Shown: one piece after another, positions 1 through 10,336 of the stretch
Layout: every line of letters begins with the position of its first letter
Position numbering within the stretch: position 1 is the stretch's first letter
Assembly: GCA_050251055.1 (NCBI GenBank)
Contig: JBFWNL010000004.1
Span: 192,001 to 256,000 of the forward strand
Length of the DNA: 64,000 nt
Direction of reading: 5' to 3'
Origin: Bacteriovoracia bacterium
Lineage (GTDB): Bacteria > Bdellovibrionota > UBA1018 > JBFWNL01
Notes under the pieces: generated by a model
What the model saw: only the letters and a program-made list of their open reading frames with translations
What the model was told of the DNA's origin: nothing
Databases searched by the model: none
Made by a program: the position numbers and the translations under genes

Positions 1-432
1 TTGTATTCATTTACATTCCAATCTCGACCATACTCCCATAAGCCCGAAAAAATCAAAAAAATGTATCTCGAAGAGAGAATGAGTGCTCGCGAAATCGCGG
101 ATGAACTCAACGTCTCACAAACGCATATATTAGATCGTCTCAATCGAATGGGCATAGGTTTGAAAAGTGGCAAAGGTCGCATGACCGATCCCAATAATTA
201 CAAATGTCCTAAGCCCCCTTACGGCTGGAAGCTAAGAGACAGAAAGCTTGTTCCCAACAAAGCGGAACTGCAAATTTGTCGGTATGTCGTCAATCGTGTG
301 CGCCAAGGAAAAAATGTGGCTGAAGTGCAACGCGAAATGACACAAAAGAATTTTAAAAACCGCAATGAAAACTCCAATTGGGATCACAAGGCGGTCATGA
401 ATATTTACAAAAAATGGAAAGATAAACTGTAA
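1..432 (+). CDS. HTH + recombinase-type DNA-binding domain protein (open at window edge; alternative start ATG 61)
   Basis: MSAREIADELNVSQTHILDRL helix-turn-helix, then PPYGW..LVPN..E...W motif typical of the serine-recombinase DNA-binding domain; no catalytic domain. Confidence 0.7.
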   Translation: MYSFTFQSRPYSHKPEKIKKMYLEERMSAREIADELNVSQTHILDRLNRMGIGLKSGKGRMTDPNNYKCPKPPYGWKLRDRKLVPNKAELQICRYVVNRVRQGKNVAEVQREMTQKNFKNRNENSNWDHKAVMNIYKKWKDKL

Positions 433-448
433 GCGGAAGGAGCAGGAA

Positions 449-622
449 ATGAGCTTGGGTAATTTAATTAATGTATTTTGTATTTTAGCTTTAGCCATCG
501 GTACACCTGTCGCAGGTTACAAAGCCTATAAATTTGTACGCCAAGAGGTCATAAAACAGACTCAGAAGGGATTGCCTTCGTTGGAAAAGTTTTCAAATGC
601 GCTTACTAAGCCCACTAAATAA
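449..622 (+). CDS. small membrane protein, 57 aa (MSLGNLINVFCILALAIGTPVAGYKAYKFVRQEVIKQTQKGLPSLEKFSNALTKPTK)
   Basis: Read manually (below ORF-track cutoff); AAGGAG RBS upstream of ATG 449; one hydrophobic segment. Confidence 0.55.
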   Translation: MSLGNLINVFCILALAIGTPVAGYKAYKFVRQEVIKQTQKGLPSLEKFSNALTKPTK

Positions 623-783
623 TGTGCGGGAAGTATACTTTACTAAAAATACGGAGTTAACAGCCTCTCAAATGATTGGCGGTTATCCGATGAACTCAAC
701 CACCTCAATTTGTTCCTTTGTCGTAACAATGAAGTCTTCTGTCAAGAAGACTAAGTTTTTGAACCGAAGGAGAGCCTTAAAAC

Positions 784-1197
784 TCAAAACGCTCTTGTCA
801 TGATTTCAAGATTGACTCGATTGGGGTCACAAAAATAAAAATGTTTGAAGCTTTTTCCAAGCTCTTCATGCCTTACGGGTTCGCCTGGACTTGCATCTAA
901 ATTCGGAAGCGAGCGAATCTGAATTTTATGGCTCGCGCAGTTAGCCAGGATCTCTCCAAAGAATTCTTCATCGACTTCAAAAGCAATGTGCTGCGGATTT
1001 GGAAGTCGCTCCTTTGAAAACGGAACCAGTAACAATTCGGGGCCATCTTCATGGGACAACACGACGCCTGTATTTCCAGTGCCAATATCAACGAAAGGCG
1101 AGACTTGCTTGTACCCGAAGAGGGTCGAGTAAAATTTCGCTGTCGATTCGATATCGAGAGTCCCCAATATAATGTGGTTGATTCGTAAAAGGCCCAT
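784..1197 (-). CDS. VOC/glyoxalase family protein
   Basis: RINHIILGT, FYSTLFG, HIAFEV and FYFCDPNRVNLE motifs; start moved to ATG 1197 behind a GGCGG RBS. Confidence 0.85.
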   Translation of the reverse strand: MGLLRINHIILGTLDIESTAKFYSTLFGYKQVSPFVDIGTGNTGVVLSHEDGPELLLVPFSKERLPNPQHIAFEVDEEFFGEILANCASHKIQIRSLPNLDASPGEPVRHEELGKSFKHFYFCDPNRVNLEIMTRAF

Positions 1198-1354
1198 GTG
1201 TCCGCCGAGCATAACTCGTGAGTGAGATTTTGCTGTAGAGATTTTTCCAAAAAGTTTTAAGAATCCAAGAAAACCCCTGTACCGAAGTACACTATCGCCC
1301 TGCATTTGAGTTCTCTAAAATTCCACAGATTTCAAGGCGGGCAAAATATGTTCT

Positions 1355-2161
1355 CTAATTTCTCTCCACGAGGTGACGCTTCCGATAGCCTTCGTTTAAA
1401 CTATCCAGTAGGAGAACCACGACAAAGATGGCGAGTAGAACCGTACAGAATCGGTCCCACTGATAATATTCCTGATATTGATGAAGAAGAGTACCGAGTC
1501 CCCCCGCCCCGACGTATCCGATGATCGAAGCCGATCGGATGTTATACTCTAGCATCCAGAGGGAATGGCTGACAATTAGCGGCCGAACAGACGCAAAGAC
1601 ACCGTATTGAAAAGCCTGAACGGTGTGAGCCCCCGTTGCCCTAAGATGACGAGCCACTCCCAAATCGAGTGAGTTCAGCGCATCCACAAAAAATTTTCCG
1701 AGATACCCAAGGCTATAGAAGCTTAAGGCAATTACACCAGCCAGCGGATGCGGGCCTACTAAAGCAACGGCTAATAGAGCCCAAATCAAACTCGGAATCG
1801 TTCGTAATCCGTTTAAAGAGAAGCGCGTGATTTTCCGAAGCCATTCATGATGATGGAGCCTTGATCCAAAGAGCGCGATGGGAATCGAAATCACGACCGC
1901 AACGACTGTCGACAGAATGGCTATTCTTATCGTCTCTAGCAGACTCTCGAGAAGTGGGCGCCAAACGGAGAAATCAGGAGGAAAAAAACGTTTTAAAAAA
2001 CGAAGGGCATTGTCAAAGTAGTTTAATTCTCGATCCGGTAAATCAAATGAAAGAAGGGACCAAAGGACCGCTCCGGAAAAAAGAAGAAAGGAGATGTAAA
2101 AGGAAAGCGAAGGTCTTTGAGAAATGAACCTTTCTTCTTTCGCCACTAAATAAATCTCCAA
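1355..2161 (-). CDS. phnE: phosphonate/phosphite ABC transporter permease
   Basis: RTIPSLIWALL, GYLGKFF, LEYNIRSASIIGYVGAGGLG motifs. Confidence 0.9.
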   Translation of the reverse strand: MEIYLVAKEERFISQRPSLSFYISFLLFSGAVLWSLLSFDLPDRELNYFDNALRFLKRFFPPDFSVWRPLLESLLETIRIAILSTVVAVVISIPIALFGSRLHHHEWLRKITRFSLNGLRTIPSLIWALLAVALVGPHPLAGVIALSFYSLGYLGKFFVDALNSLDLGVARHLRATGAHTVQAFQYGVFASVRPLIVSHSLWMLEYNIRSASIIGYVGAGGLGTLLHQYQEYYQWDRFCTVLLAIFVVVLLLDSLNEGYRKRHLVERN

Positions 2162-2793
2162 GTGCTCTGATCGAGAATTAAAATTTGATCGGCGTAATCT
2201 TTGAGAAGTTTTTCATTGTGAAGAACACAAACAACACTCGATCCTTTAGAGGTTTGATTTTTTAGAAGGTCGAGAGCTCTCACCTGGAGTACTTCGGGAA
2301 GCATAGAAACGGGCTCATCCGCGAGTAGTAGATCTGCGTTTTGATAGAGGGCTCTCGCGATGGAGATTCTTTGTCGTTCTCCTCCCGAAAGTAGGCCCAC
2401 TCTGATAGACAATGGGACCTGAAAATCGAGTTGTTCGAGAATGCCGGGGACTTCGCTACCGTTCAAAGACGAGAGACCGAAAAGAGTTTGAAGCCAGGAA
2501 CGCCTATGTAGACAGCCGAGCAAAATATTCTCTCCGGCCGAAAGGCTGGGCGTTAAAGAACAGTGTTGATCGATCCAGGCGAGAGACGAACGAGGTCGCT
2601 GAAATGAACCCTCGGTGAGAATTGAAGTCTGAGCCATCACTTCCAGAAGACTCGTTTTTCCGGCCCCTGATGGACCCCGGATTCCCAAGAAATGGCCCTT
2701 CGGAATTTCGAGATTCAGATCTCGAAAGAGCCACTTTTCTCCTTTCTCTAATCCTCCCGCCGTTATCTTTAAAGCGCAGGCGGAATTTTTCAC
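2146..2793 (-). CDS. phnC: phosphonate ABC transporter ATP-binding protein
   Basis: Walker A GPSGAGKT, signature LSGGERQR, Walker B LLLADEP; probable GTG start at 2793 just after the phnD stop. Confidence 0.85.
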   Translation of the reverse strand: MKNSACALKITAGGLEKGEKWLFRDLNLEIPKGHFLGIRGPSGAGKTSLLEVMAQTSILTEGSFQRPRSSLAWIDQHCSLTPSLSAGENILLGCLHRRSWLQTLFGLSSLNGSEVPGILEQLDFQVPLSIRVGLLSGGERQRISIARALYQNADLLLADEPVSMLPEVLQVRALDLLKNQTSKGSSVVCVLHNEKLLKDYADQILILDQSTWRFI

Positions 2794-2794
2794 T

Positions 2795-3685
2795 TCAAAG
2801 TTTCGCTCCCGTAAGTTGAAGGGCTTCTTTCGTGCCGGCGAGATGCCGATCCTGCTGAATTTCAGCGAGAGTCGAATTAAAAAGTTTATCTCTGAGAGTT
2901 GTATTCTTGGAGACATTCAGTTTTTTTAAAGCAGCTTGAAGACGCTCCTGATTCTTTTTCTCCAAGGAAGTGCGAATCGCGATGACATGGGTCGGGATCG
3001 GACCTTGACGATCAATGACCTTCAGTTTGGCCTTTTGATCGAGTGTGAGATATTTGTCGTGATTGATCACGTAGTCACTAATCGCAGCGGCTTCCGCTTG
3101 GCCCTGAAGAACTTGCTCAATCGCAGACACATAGCCTGTCCCGTACCAAACATTACCCTTACCAAAAAACTTTTCGGGCGCTTCTTGTTCTTTAAGTAGC
3201 CCCTTTTTAATAAGAGTCGCGTGAGGGATGAGATAACCTGAAGTACTGGTTCGACTGGCAAAGGCAATCGGCTTGCCTCGAAGATCTTGGACACCCTTAT
3301 AGGGTTTATCTTTTAGACTGACCCAATAACTTTCGTAGAATGTCCTTCCGTCAAACTCGACTCCAAGAAGGGCTCGGGCGGATTTTTGCTCGATGGCATT
3401 CAACATATCGAGGGAACCCAAGAAGGCCAGATCAATACTTCCGTTAGCAAATCCCTCCAGAATTACCGCCGAGCTCAGCGGCACGATGACTTTGACAGGG
3501 AGTTGCAATTCCTTCGAGAGAAACGCTTCTAAAGATTTTCTTTCTTCTTGCATCGCATCCGGATTTTTGTCTGGCTTCAAGGCGAACACTATTTGTTTAA
3601 TGTTTTCGGTCTCGGCAAAAGCTCCGAAGGTGAAGGTTAGGCCGAACATTAAAGAGAAAACGAAGTGAAGGAATTTAGTGATCAT
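2795..3685 (-). CDS. phnD: phosphate/phosphite/phosphonate ABC substrate-binding protein
   Basis: Signal peptide; DLRGKPIAFASRTSTSGYLIP motif. Confidence 0.88.
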   Translation of the reverse strand: MITKFLHFVFSLMFGLTFTFGAFAETENIKQIVFALKPDKNPDAMQEERKSLEAFLSKELQLPVKVIVPLSSAVILEGFANGSIDLAFLGSLDMLNAIEQKSARALLGVEFDGRTFYESYWVSLKDKPYKGVQDLRGKPIAFASRTSTSGYLIPHATLIKKGLLKEQEAPEKFFGKGNVWYGTGYVSAIEQVLQGQAEAAAISDYVINHDKYLTLDQKAKLKVIDRQGPIPTHVIAIRTSLEKKNQERLQAALKKLNVSKNTTLRDKLFNSTLAEIQQDRHLAGTKEALQLTGAKL

Positions 3686-4634
3686 TTCAAGTACTCCTTA
3701 ATTAGATCTTGAACTTGGGTGAGTGCTTCACTTCGAGCAATTTCGTCATTTTGAATTTTTTCAAACCAGTCATTCTCGAGCGCCCAAAGGCGTGCAAATA
3801 ACGGTTGTCCTCCGATTTGAGGTACGACCTGAATCAAGCGATGGCCATCGAGCACTTCAGCCCAAGCAATCTGCGAAAGTGTCCAGAAAGTCATTCGGGG
3901 AGAAGCCCATTCTTGTGCTTCTTGACAGTGGTTATCCGGCAAGCGGATATAAAAATCTTTTCCAACCTCTTCGGCGAGAGGAGTCTTTTCACCTTCACTC
4001 CAGATAATTTTTTGATTTCTTTGTCTTTCGAGCCAACCCCAGGGAAGCGAAAGAACACGAGTTCGACGTTGCATCGAGTTATAATCTTTTCGCTTCATAT
4101 CTCGATATTCGCGACCCGGAATCGGTGAAAAATTTTCGCATTCCCACTGTGGGTCTCGCCCAGAATAGTTCCAAGCCGCTGAACATTGGTATCTCGGGCC
4201 ATCTCCAAATTGGTTATTTCTCGAGTCCATTGGCCCTGAGGATTCTCAAGTTGTCGGGGCTCATACCGACCATCCCCGACAAAGTCATAGAGACTTTGAT
4301 TTTCATAGGTCCAGGTTTCTCCATGGTGCTTCATCTTCACGAGTGTGCCCGAAGCGTCTTGAACGAGAAGAACATGTTGTAGGCGGATTCGAGCGGGTTC
4401 ATCGCTAAGAACCGTAATATATTCTTTCACCGACTTTCCATCAGTTGCATCGTAGACACGCGAATCGAGTGTATACCCCTCTTTGAGGGCTTTCGTCTCA
4501 GCATAGGAGTAATCGACCTGAAAACATCCGGACATATTGAGGATGTTTTTTCGATCATTTTCAAATGTTGAGGCAGACGCTCCCGTGCTCAGCAGGGCAA
4601 GAGTCATTGTGAAGGAGGTAAACTTATATCTCAT
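3682..4634 (-). pseudogene. DUF6607-like exported protein split by a single frameshift near 4204
   Basis: 5' ORF (signal peptide, DRKNILNMSGCFQVDY, RLQHVL, KHHGETW) ends at REITNL; the expected continuation DGPRY...SPIPGREY lies in another frame; translationally coupled to phnD. Confidence 0.7.
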
Positions 4635-4698
4635 GGGGTAAATCCTTTCGAGTTAAACAGTCTGTAAGACCAAGCAAAAACCCTTGCCAAGCCTTATT

Positions 4699-4717
4699 GA
4701 TAATGATTCTCATTATC
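4699..4717. promoter_or_regulatory. Fur box
   Basis: GATAATGATTCTCATTATC, 17/19 match to the consensus GATAATGATAATCATTATC, between divergent genes. Confidence 0.85.
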
Positions 4718-4770
4718 CTAAGTCTTTAGCTCTGCCGAAGGATAAATGACAAGCCTGAGATCAGTTAATT

Positions 4771-5079
4771 TTGTGGTCTTGCTTCGGACGATGCTTTGCT
4801 TGGGGGTTAAGCGTGACAGGACAGTTTTCTTTTTCCAACGACGATGTTCAAAATTTTTTGGCAGAGTGGTGCCGATGTGGGACGGTTCATGTGACATTAG
4901 GAGGATTGTGTTTTAATTTAAAGCCTGAGGACTTTAGGATTTTAGCCCAAAAGATGTCGGGGACTGCCGCTTACTTTGAAAATCATCGAAGACAAACTGA
5001 GTGTTCACTAGACAAAGTAAGAATGGCAAAAGTGTTCCAGCTTTTTCGAAGAGATGCTACCGGCGAGATCAAGGACTGA
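4771..5079 (+). CDS. small hypothetical protein with CxCG..H motif (start may be GTG 4813)
   Basis: ORF divergent from the Fur box; WCRCGTVHVTLG potential metal site. Confidence 0.5.
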   Translation: MWSCFGRCFAWGLSVTGQFSFSNDDVQNFLAEWCRCGTVHVTLGGLCFNLKPEDFRILAQKMSGTAAYFENHRRQTECSLDKVRMAKVFQLFRRDATGEIKD

Positions 5080-5118
5080 AAATGAGCGCTTTTTACATAT
5101 TTTTATATAGTTTTAGTT

Positions 5119-5790
5119 TCAGTCATCTGATTTCTTCGGCCGTTGGGATGTATTTGCTGATTCTCCATTGAAATGTTTCCAGCTTTCTAAAAGAACGCGG
5201 AACGAGAAAAAGACAATGAGACCCGCGATCAGAAAGCCCCCAATGATGTCTGGCCACTTTGAATTGAAAAGGTACACACATCCGGCAGCGATCAGCGTGA
5301 AAAAGTTATTCAGAATATCATTACGCGTGCACATCCACACTGCTTTCATATTGATATCTTTATGTCGATGAGCCAGGAGAATGGCTCCCGAGGTGAGATT
5401 TGCCAGTAGTGCAAGCGAACCAACAATGAGCATGGTCGATGAGATTGGTTGAACGTCACGAAAGATTTTTGAAATCACTTCAATTAGAACTACCAATCCC
5501 AGAATGAGTTCAAACCCTGAATTGAAAAGAGCCACTTTTGATTTCGATTTTAAGCTTCGATTGAGAGCTAAAAGGCTAAGAAAATAAACGAAGGCGTCAC
5601 CCCCCATGTCTACAGCGTCAGCCAATAAACTCGAAGATTGCGCGAGAATTCCAGCGATTCCCTCTCCAAAGAAAAATAAAAGGTTAATGATTAATACGAG
5701 AAGGATCGCTCTCTTTTGAGAAGGATCATTAGACACTTCGGGGTTCGTACAACAGCTATCGTTCACTTGTTCCATCTTCGTATTTTTCAT
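5119..5790 (-). CDS. cation diffusion facilitator (CzcD-like, no C-terminal domain)
   Basis: SLLADAVDMGGD, DINMKAVWMCTRND, WPDIIG motifs; multiple TM helices. Confidence 0.85.
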   Translation of the reverse strand: MKNTKMEQVNDSCCTNPEVSNDPSQKRAILLVLIINLLFFFGEGIAGILAQSSSLLADAVDMGGDAFVYFLSLLALNRSLKSKSKVALFNSGFELILGLVVLIEVISKIFRDVQPISSTMLIVGSLALLANLTSGAILLAHRHKDINMKAVWMCTRNDILNNFFTLIAAGCVYLFNSKWPDIIGGFLIAGLIVFFSFRVLLESWKHFNGESANTSQRPKKSDD

Positions 5791-6577
5791 CGAATTTCCA
5801 ATAATCTCGCTGACGGCGAAATGGAAGCAACATCAGCAACCCGACCCGGTTGACTCTTTCTGGATAGGCCGGAACCCCAATCGCGACCTGTTTTGCAGGA
5901 ACGTTCAAACGCAATGTCCGATGAAGAACATCCCACATTCGAAGGACAACAGAAAAATTTGAATTTGTCTCTTCCTTCACCTGCGAGTGATGAATTGTAT
6001 GCATTCGAGGAGTTACGATCAAAAGGTTCAGGTAGCGTTCAATTCGAATAGGCAACCTCAAATTGCTGTGATGAAAAAACGTTCCAAGCTGAAAAATCGT
6101 TTCATAAATTACGAAAACTGAAAACGTTGGGCCAATTAGCATAATTTGCAAAAATCGAAATCCACTTGAAAGGGCAACTTCGCCGAAGTGGAATCGAAAA
6201 GATGTGGAGACATCTAGCTCGGGATCGACGTGATGGACGTTATGAAAACGCCATAGGAATGGAATCGCGTGATTGACTCGATGCCAGTAATAAACACTCA
6301 AATCCAGCAAAAGAAAACCCAATACCGCTCCCATCCATTGGGGTAGCGCCAACCAGGACAAAAGGCCAAAATTCCATTTATCCGTTAAATTAAAAGAACT
6401 CATGATGGTTGGTCGAACCACAAAAAAAGCGACGATCAGCAGCCCGGCAGTAAAAATTCCATTGACGATGAGATGCCTAAGAGGACGCATTTGAGGCCGC
6501 AAAGGAAAAATGCGTTCAAAAATGAATAAAAGAGCAAAGAATGAAAGAACAATAATAATGGTCGAGGACTCACTCAT
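5756..6577 (-). CDS. sterol desaturase / fatty acid hydroxylase family protein
   Basis: His boxes YYWHRVNH, FHNVHH, FHHSN, HTIHH. Confidence 0.9.
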   Translation of the reverse strand: MSESSTIIIVLSFFALLFIFERIFPLRPQMRPLRHLIVNGIFTAGLLIVAFFVVRPTIMSSFNLTDKWNFGLLSWLALPQWMGAVLGFLLLDLSVYYWHRVNHAIPFLWRFHNVHHVDPELDVSTSFRFHFGEVALSSGFRFLQIMLIGPTFSVFVIYETIFQLGTFFHHSNLRLPIRIERYLNLLIVTPRMHTIHHSQVKEETNSNFSVVLRMWDVLHRTLRLNVPAKQVAIGVPAYPERVNRVGLLMLLPFRRQRDYWKFDEKYEDGTSER

Positions 6578-6630
6578 CGAATTTCATTTTATCCTGATGT
6601 GGTTCAAAAATCAGTAAATCTATGCGGATC

Positions 6631-8745
6631 TCAACGAAGCGAATACTTTCTCGTGAGATTAATAAATTTAACCGCCTTTTCAAGATCCGTCGTCGGCAGT
6701 TGGCAGACATGATTTTCACAAACATAAATTGTGGGTTTTCCGTTCTGGGCGGTTTTTCCCTTAAGAAGGGGGACCGCGCCTCTCCCCAACCCAATAGCAA
6801 TCACTTTGTTGGGATTAAAGATTTCAAAAATAGAATTTCGAGCGGAATGAACAGCCAAATCCTCTTGATCCGCAATAACTGCAATTTCTTTGGAGCGGTC
6901 CAAATTAAAATCCACGGCCATCAAGAATTGAGAAAAGGCAGTCGGATATTGCTCAACGAAGACAGGCATCGACTGAAAGATTTGTGCAGCTTTCTGTTGA
7001 TAGCTATCCTTAAAAGTTATCCCAAATAATCGAAGATAGTTTAGTGCCGTCACCGAAACACCCGAAGGCGTCACATTGTCCTCGAAATCTTGAACCCGGT
7101 GAAGGAGGGAGGGGTCATGTCCACTCGTCAAAAAGTATGTTCCTGATTTTGAATCAAAAAACATTTCGTCTTGTAATTTTTGTAAGCGCTCAGCCTCCGT
7201 AAGCCATTTCGTTTCACTAGTCGCCTGAAAAAGTTCGATCAATGCATCAATTAGGAATGCATAGTCTTCTAGAAAAGACTCTCCTTTCGCTTCGTTTGCA
7301 ATCCATCGTCTTAAAAGTTTTCCATCTTTGGTGAGGTGCGCCTGAATAAATTCAGCAGCTTTTTCCCCGGCCTCCAGATAGCGGGGTTCTTTAAAAATAG
7401 TGGATGCTCTCACAAGAGCGCTGATCATCAAACCATTCCACGCTGTTAAAATTTTTTCATCGCGAGCCGGTCTTATCCGCTTACTTCGGACTTGAGCCAT
7501 TTTTTCTAAAGCAGATTTTACGATCAGTGGTCGCGTCTCCCGCGATGCAGTGGCCTTAAGAGACAGCACATTCTGCTCATCTTCAAAATTACCTCCGCGT
7601 GAAATTAAAAACGTTGATCCAATGGCGGAGAATTCGTCTTTCGTTAAGATTTGGGAAAGCTCTTTGAGTTTCCAAACGTAGAACAGCCCTTCTTTCCCGC
7701 TACTGTCAGCATCTTCTGCCGAATAGAAGCCGCCCTTCGGATCGCGTAAGTCTCTCAGAACATAATCGGCGGTTTCTCGTGCAACTAGTTCATGTTCTTT
7801 TTTCCGAGTGACCTGAAAACCTTCCGTATAAGCGCTCAAGAGTGCTGCCTGGTCGTAGAGCATTTTTTCAAAATGCGGGATCAGCCATTTTCCATCCGTT
7901 GAATAACGATGAAAGCCGCCGCCGACATGATCGTAAATTCCCCCCTTCGCCATTTCATCGAGGGTTTTCGTGACCATTTCGAGTGCACGTGGGTCATCGG
8001 TACGTCGATAGATACGAAGGAGGAGCCTGAGATCGTAAGCGGGCGGAAATTTGGGAGCTCCCTTTCTTCCTCCATAAGTTGAATCGAAAGAGCCACTCCA
8101 GTTTTTAAAAAATGTTACAAAGATCCGATCGGAGAACGATGAAGAAATTTTATCCCATTTTCTATCTTTCAGAGAGCTAGCGATTCGTTTTCCATCTTCC
8201 CTAATTTTTTGAGGATTATTTTTCCAAACTTCTTCGATTTGATTAAGAACCTGGAGAAGTTGTGTTCTCGGAAAAAAGGTGCCGCCAAAGAAGGGTTCTC
8301 GATCGGGAGTAAGAAGCACGGTCATCGGCCAACCGCCAGAGCCCGTAAACGCTTGGACCGCCTCCATATAAATCTTATCGACGTCTGGCCGCTCCTCTCT
8401 ATCCACCTTGATCGCGATAAAAGCTCGATTCAAAACTTCGGCAACTTCGGGACGGGTGAATGAATCTTCCTCCATCACGTGACACCAGTGACAAGTGGAA
8501 TACCCCACCGAAAGAAAAATGGGCTTGTTCTGTTCTTTGGCTGCTTTAAACGCCTCGTCACCCCAGGGGTACCACCACACGGGATTTTCAGCATGCTGCT
8601 GAAGATAAGGACTTTTCTCCGATTTAAGATGGTTGAAGCCTTTCGCGTCTGAACTGTTACCCGCTGATGGCGAGTGATTGTCACGACATCCAATTGCGAG
8701 AATAAGAAGCAAAAAAGGAAGTAGTAACTTCTTCAATCGACTCAT
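6631..8745 (-). CDS. thioredoxin-domain protein YyaL/SSP411 (DUF255) with lipoprotein-like N-terminus
   Basis: [52 protein letters not shown]. Confidence 0.92.
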   Translation of the reverse strand: MSRLKKLLLPFLLLILAIGCRDNHSPSAGNSSDAKGFNHLKSEKSPYLQQHAENPVWWYPWGDEAFKAAKEQNKPIFLSVGYSTCHWCHVMEEDSFTRPEVAEVLNRAFIAIKVDREERPDVDKIYMEAVQAFTGSGGWPMTVLLTPDREPFFGGTFFPRTQLLQVLNQIEEVWKNNPQKIREDGKRIASSLKDRKWDKISSSFSDRIFVTFFKNWSGSFDSTYGGRKGAPKFPPAYDLRLLLRIYRRTDDPRALEMVTKTLDEMAKGGIYDHVGGGFHRYSTDGKWLIPHFEKMLYDQAALLSAYTEGFQVTRKKEHELVARETADYVLRDLRDPKGGFYSAEDADSSGKEGLFYVWKLKELSQILTKDEFSAIGSTFLISRGGNFEDEQNVLSLKATASRETRPLIVKSALEKMAQVRSKRIRPARDEKILTAWNGLMISALVRASTIFKEPRYLEAGEKAAEFIQAHLTKDGKLLRRWIANEAKGESFLEDYAFLIDALIELFQATSETKWLTEAERLQKLQDEMFFDSKSGTYFLTSGHDPSLLHRVQDFEDNVTPSGVSVTALNYLRLFGITFKDSYQQKAAQIFQSMPVFVEQYPTAFSQFLMAVDFNLDRSKEIAVIADQEDLAVHSARNSIFEIFNPNKVIAIGLGRGAVPLLKGKTAQNGKPTIYVCENHVCQLPTTDLEKAVKFINLTRKYSLR

Positions 8746-8751
8746 TTAGAA

Positions 8752-9465
8752 TTAAATTCCATAAATAATTTCCTTCGAGACGAGCCGGTGAAGCACTTTG
8801 GACAAAGCTTCAGATGTAATCATATATTTGTCGAGCGCCTTACCGAGAGTCGACCCCGTTTTGAGTGAATTCAGAAACTCGAATAGATGCTTGTCGATAA
8901 TTTCTACGGTAACAGAGTCATGATCGCGAAAAATGAAAGAATACTCTTTTTTGTTCTCAAGTGGGGAAATCGAATTTCTGCGTTTCCATATTTCAGCAAC
9001 GTTCCACTCGGATTCAAAAAGGAACAGTGAGTCTTGAAGGAGAAATTGAGTGTCCCCACTAATCTGAGTTAGGGCGTCAGGCCGAAGCATGATTTCTTTT
9101 TGATGAGCATGAAACGAATGCCAAATTTTCAGTTCGAAATCGGCGACTGCAAGCCAACGACGATCTACGCCTAATTGATCTAGAAATTCGGGAAAACTTT
9201 CACCAATATGATTGAAAGAATAGTTCTTTGACGGACGGAGGCGAACATAAGCTCCGCCCAAACGATGCCACTCTTCTTCACCAATCAATTTGGGTAAGAG
9301 TTCAAAAATTTCTTCCATGGCGGACTGCGTTCGAAGCGAATAACCTTCCGCATAGATTCGAAATCGATCGGAAAGACTGCCTCTCTTCGGGGGTTTCAAA
9401 AAATCGAGAGCACTTTCGGGGAATTTTTGAATGGCTTCATCAAAAATCTTCAGCTCAGAGTGCAT
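8752..9465 (-). CDS. DUF2063 MNIO partner protein (BufC/HvfC-like)
   Basis: RFRIYAEGY, GESFPEFL, VADFEL motifs; directly downstream of the DUF692 gene; ATG 9465 overlaps the upstream gene end. Confidence 0.8.
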   Translation of the reverse strand: MHSELKIFDEAIQKFPESALDFLKPPKRGSLSDRFRIYAEGYSLRTQSAMEEIFELLPKLIGEEEWHRLGGAYVRLRPSKNYSFNHIGESFPEFLDQLGVDRRWLAVADFELKIWHSFHAHQKEIMLRPDALTQISGDTQFLLQDSLFLFESEWNVAEIWKRRNSISPLENKKEYSFIFRDHDSVTVEIIDKHLFEFLNSLKTGSTLGKALDKYMITSEALSKVLHRLVSKEIIYGI

Positions 9466-10279
9466 ATTTTTTTCGTTCCATGCCCTGAGTGATTTCATAT
9501 GCTTTTTTGACTTCTTGAACGAGAATTGAAAACTCTGGAATTTTATCATCGCGTTCAATCAAGAAAGGTTTGGCCCCCAAGTGCCGCCAGACGAATTCGA
9601 AGAGGTCCCAAACGGGATCGGTGATATCGGCATCGTGTGTATCAAATAGAAAATCTCCCATATCTGTGTGACCGGCCAGATGATACTGGACGACGCGATT
9701 GGCGGGAATTCTTAAAATATAGTCATAAGGATCGAACCCATGATTGATCGAGTTCACGTACACATTGTTAATATCGAGAAGAAGATCACAGTCCGCGCGT
9801 TCGATAACTAAACGAACAAAATCAGCTTCATCGAGTTCGTCGGATTGGAATCGAACGTAAGTCGAAATATTTTCGAGTGCAATGCGGCGTCCTAAAACAT
9901 CTTGTACCTTTTGAATACGAGAGACTAATAAGTCGATCGTCACTTCATTCATGGGAAGCGGCAAAAGATCGTGCCAGTTTCTTTGTTCGATCCCGGTCCA
10001 ACACAGATGATCTGAAACAATAAAAGGATCGATTCTCTCCACGAGAGTTTTAAGATTTTTAAGGTAATTCGGATTCAGGGGGTCCGAACTTCCGATATTG
10101 AGAGACACCCCGTGAAGAGCGACAGGAAATATGTCTCTTACTTTGAGTAGCGTTGAGAGCGGTCGGCCACCAGTGTCCATATAATTTTCAGATATGACTT
10201 CACACCAATCGACGGACGATGGATTCGAAAGAATGTCCTTATAGTGGGAAGGCCTCAGCCCTAGACCGCGCGTTTTCAT
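9455..10279 (-). CDS. bufB: DUF692 multinuclear non-heme iron oxidase (MNIO), bufferin maturase
   Basis: GLGLRPSH, EVISENY, LHGVSLNIG, SDHLCW, LENIS, LLDINNVYVN, HLAGH, DTH, IERD. Confidence 0.93.
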   Translation of the reverse strand: MKTRGLGLRPSHYKDILSNPSSVDWCEVISENYMDTGGRPLSTLLKVRDIFPVALHGVSLNIGSSDPLNPNYLKNLKTLVERIDPFIVSDHLCWTGIEQRNWHDLLPLPMNEVTIDLLVSRIQKVQDVLGRRIALENISTYVRFQSDELDEADFVRLVIERADCDLLLDINNVYVNSINHGFDPYDYILRIPANRVVQYHLAGHTDMGDFLFDTHDADITDPVWDLFEFVWRHLGAKPFLIERDDKIPEFSILVQEVKKAYEITQGMERKKYAL

Positions 10280-10336
10280 AAATATTTGATAGGGGAGCCA
10301 AAAAACCTTGAAGTCGTTTTGGCTCCCATATCCTTC

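Noticed and set aside
7622-7631. TGGCGGAGA matching the antisense of the tRNA-Ser 3' end, as a possible attL
   Set aside because: Only 9 bp and inside the intact yyaL coding sequence; island-type sequence continues to the left
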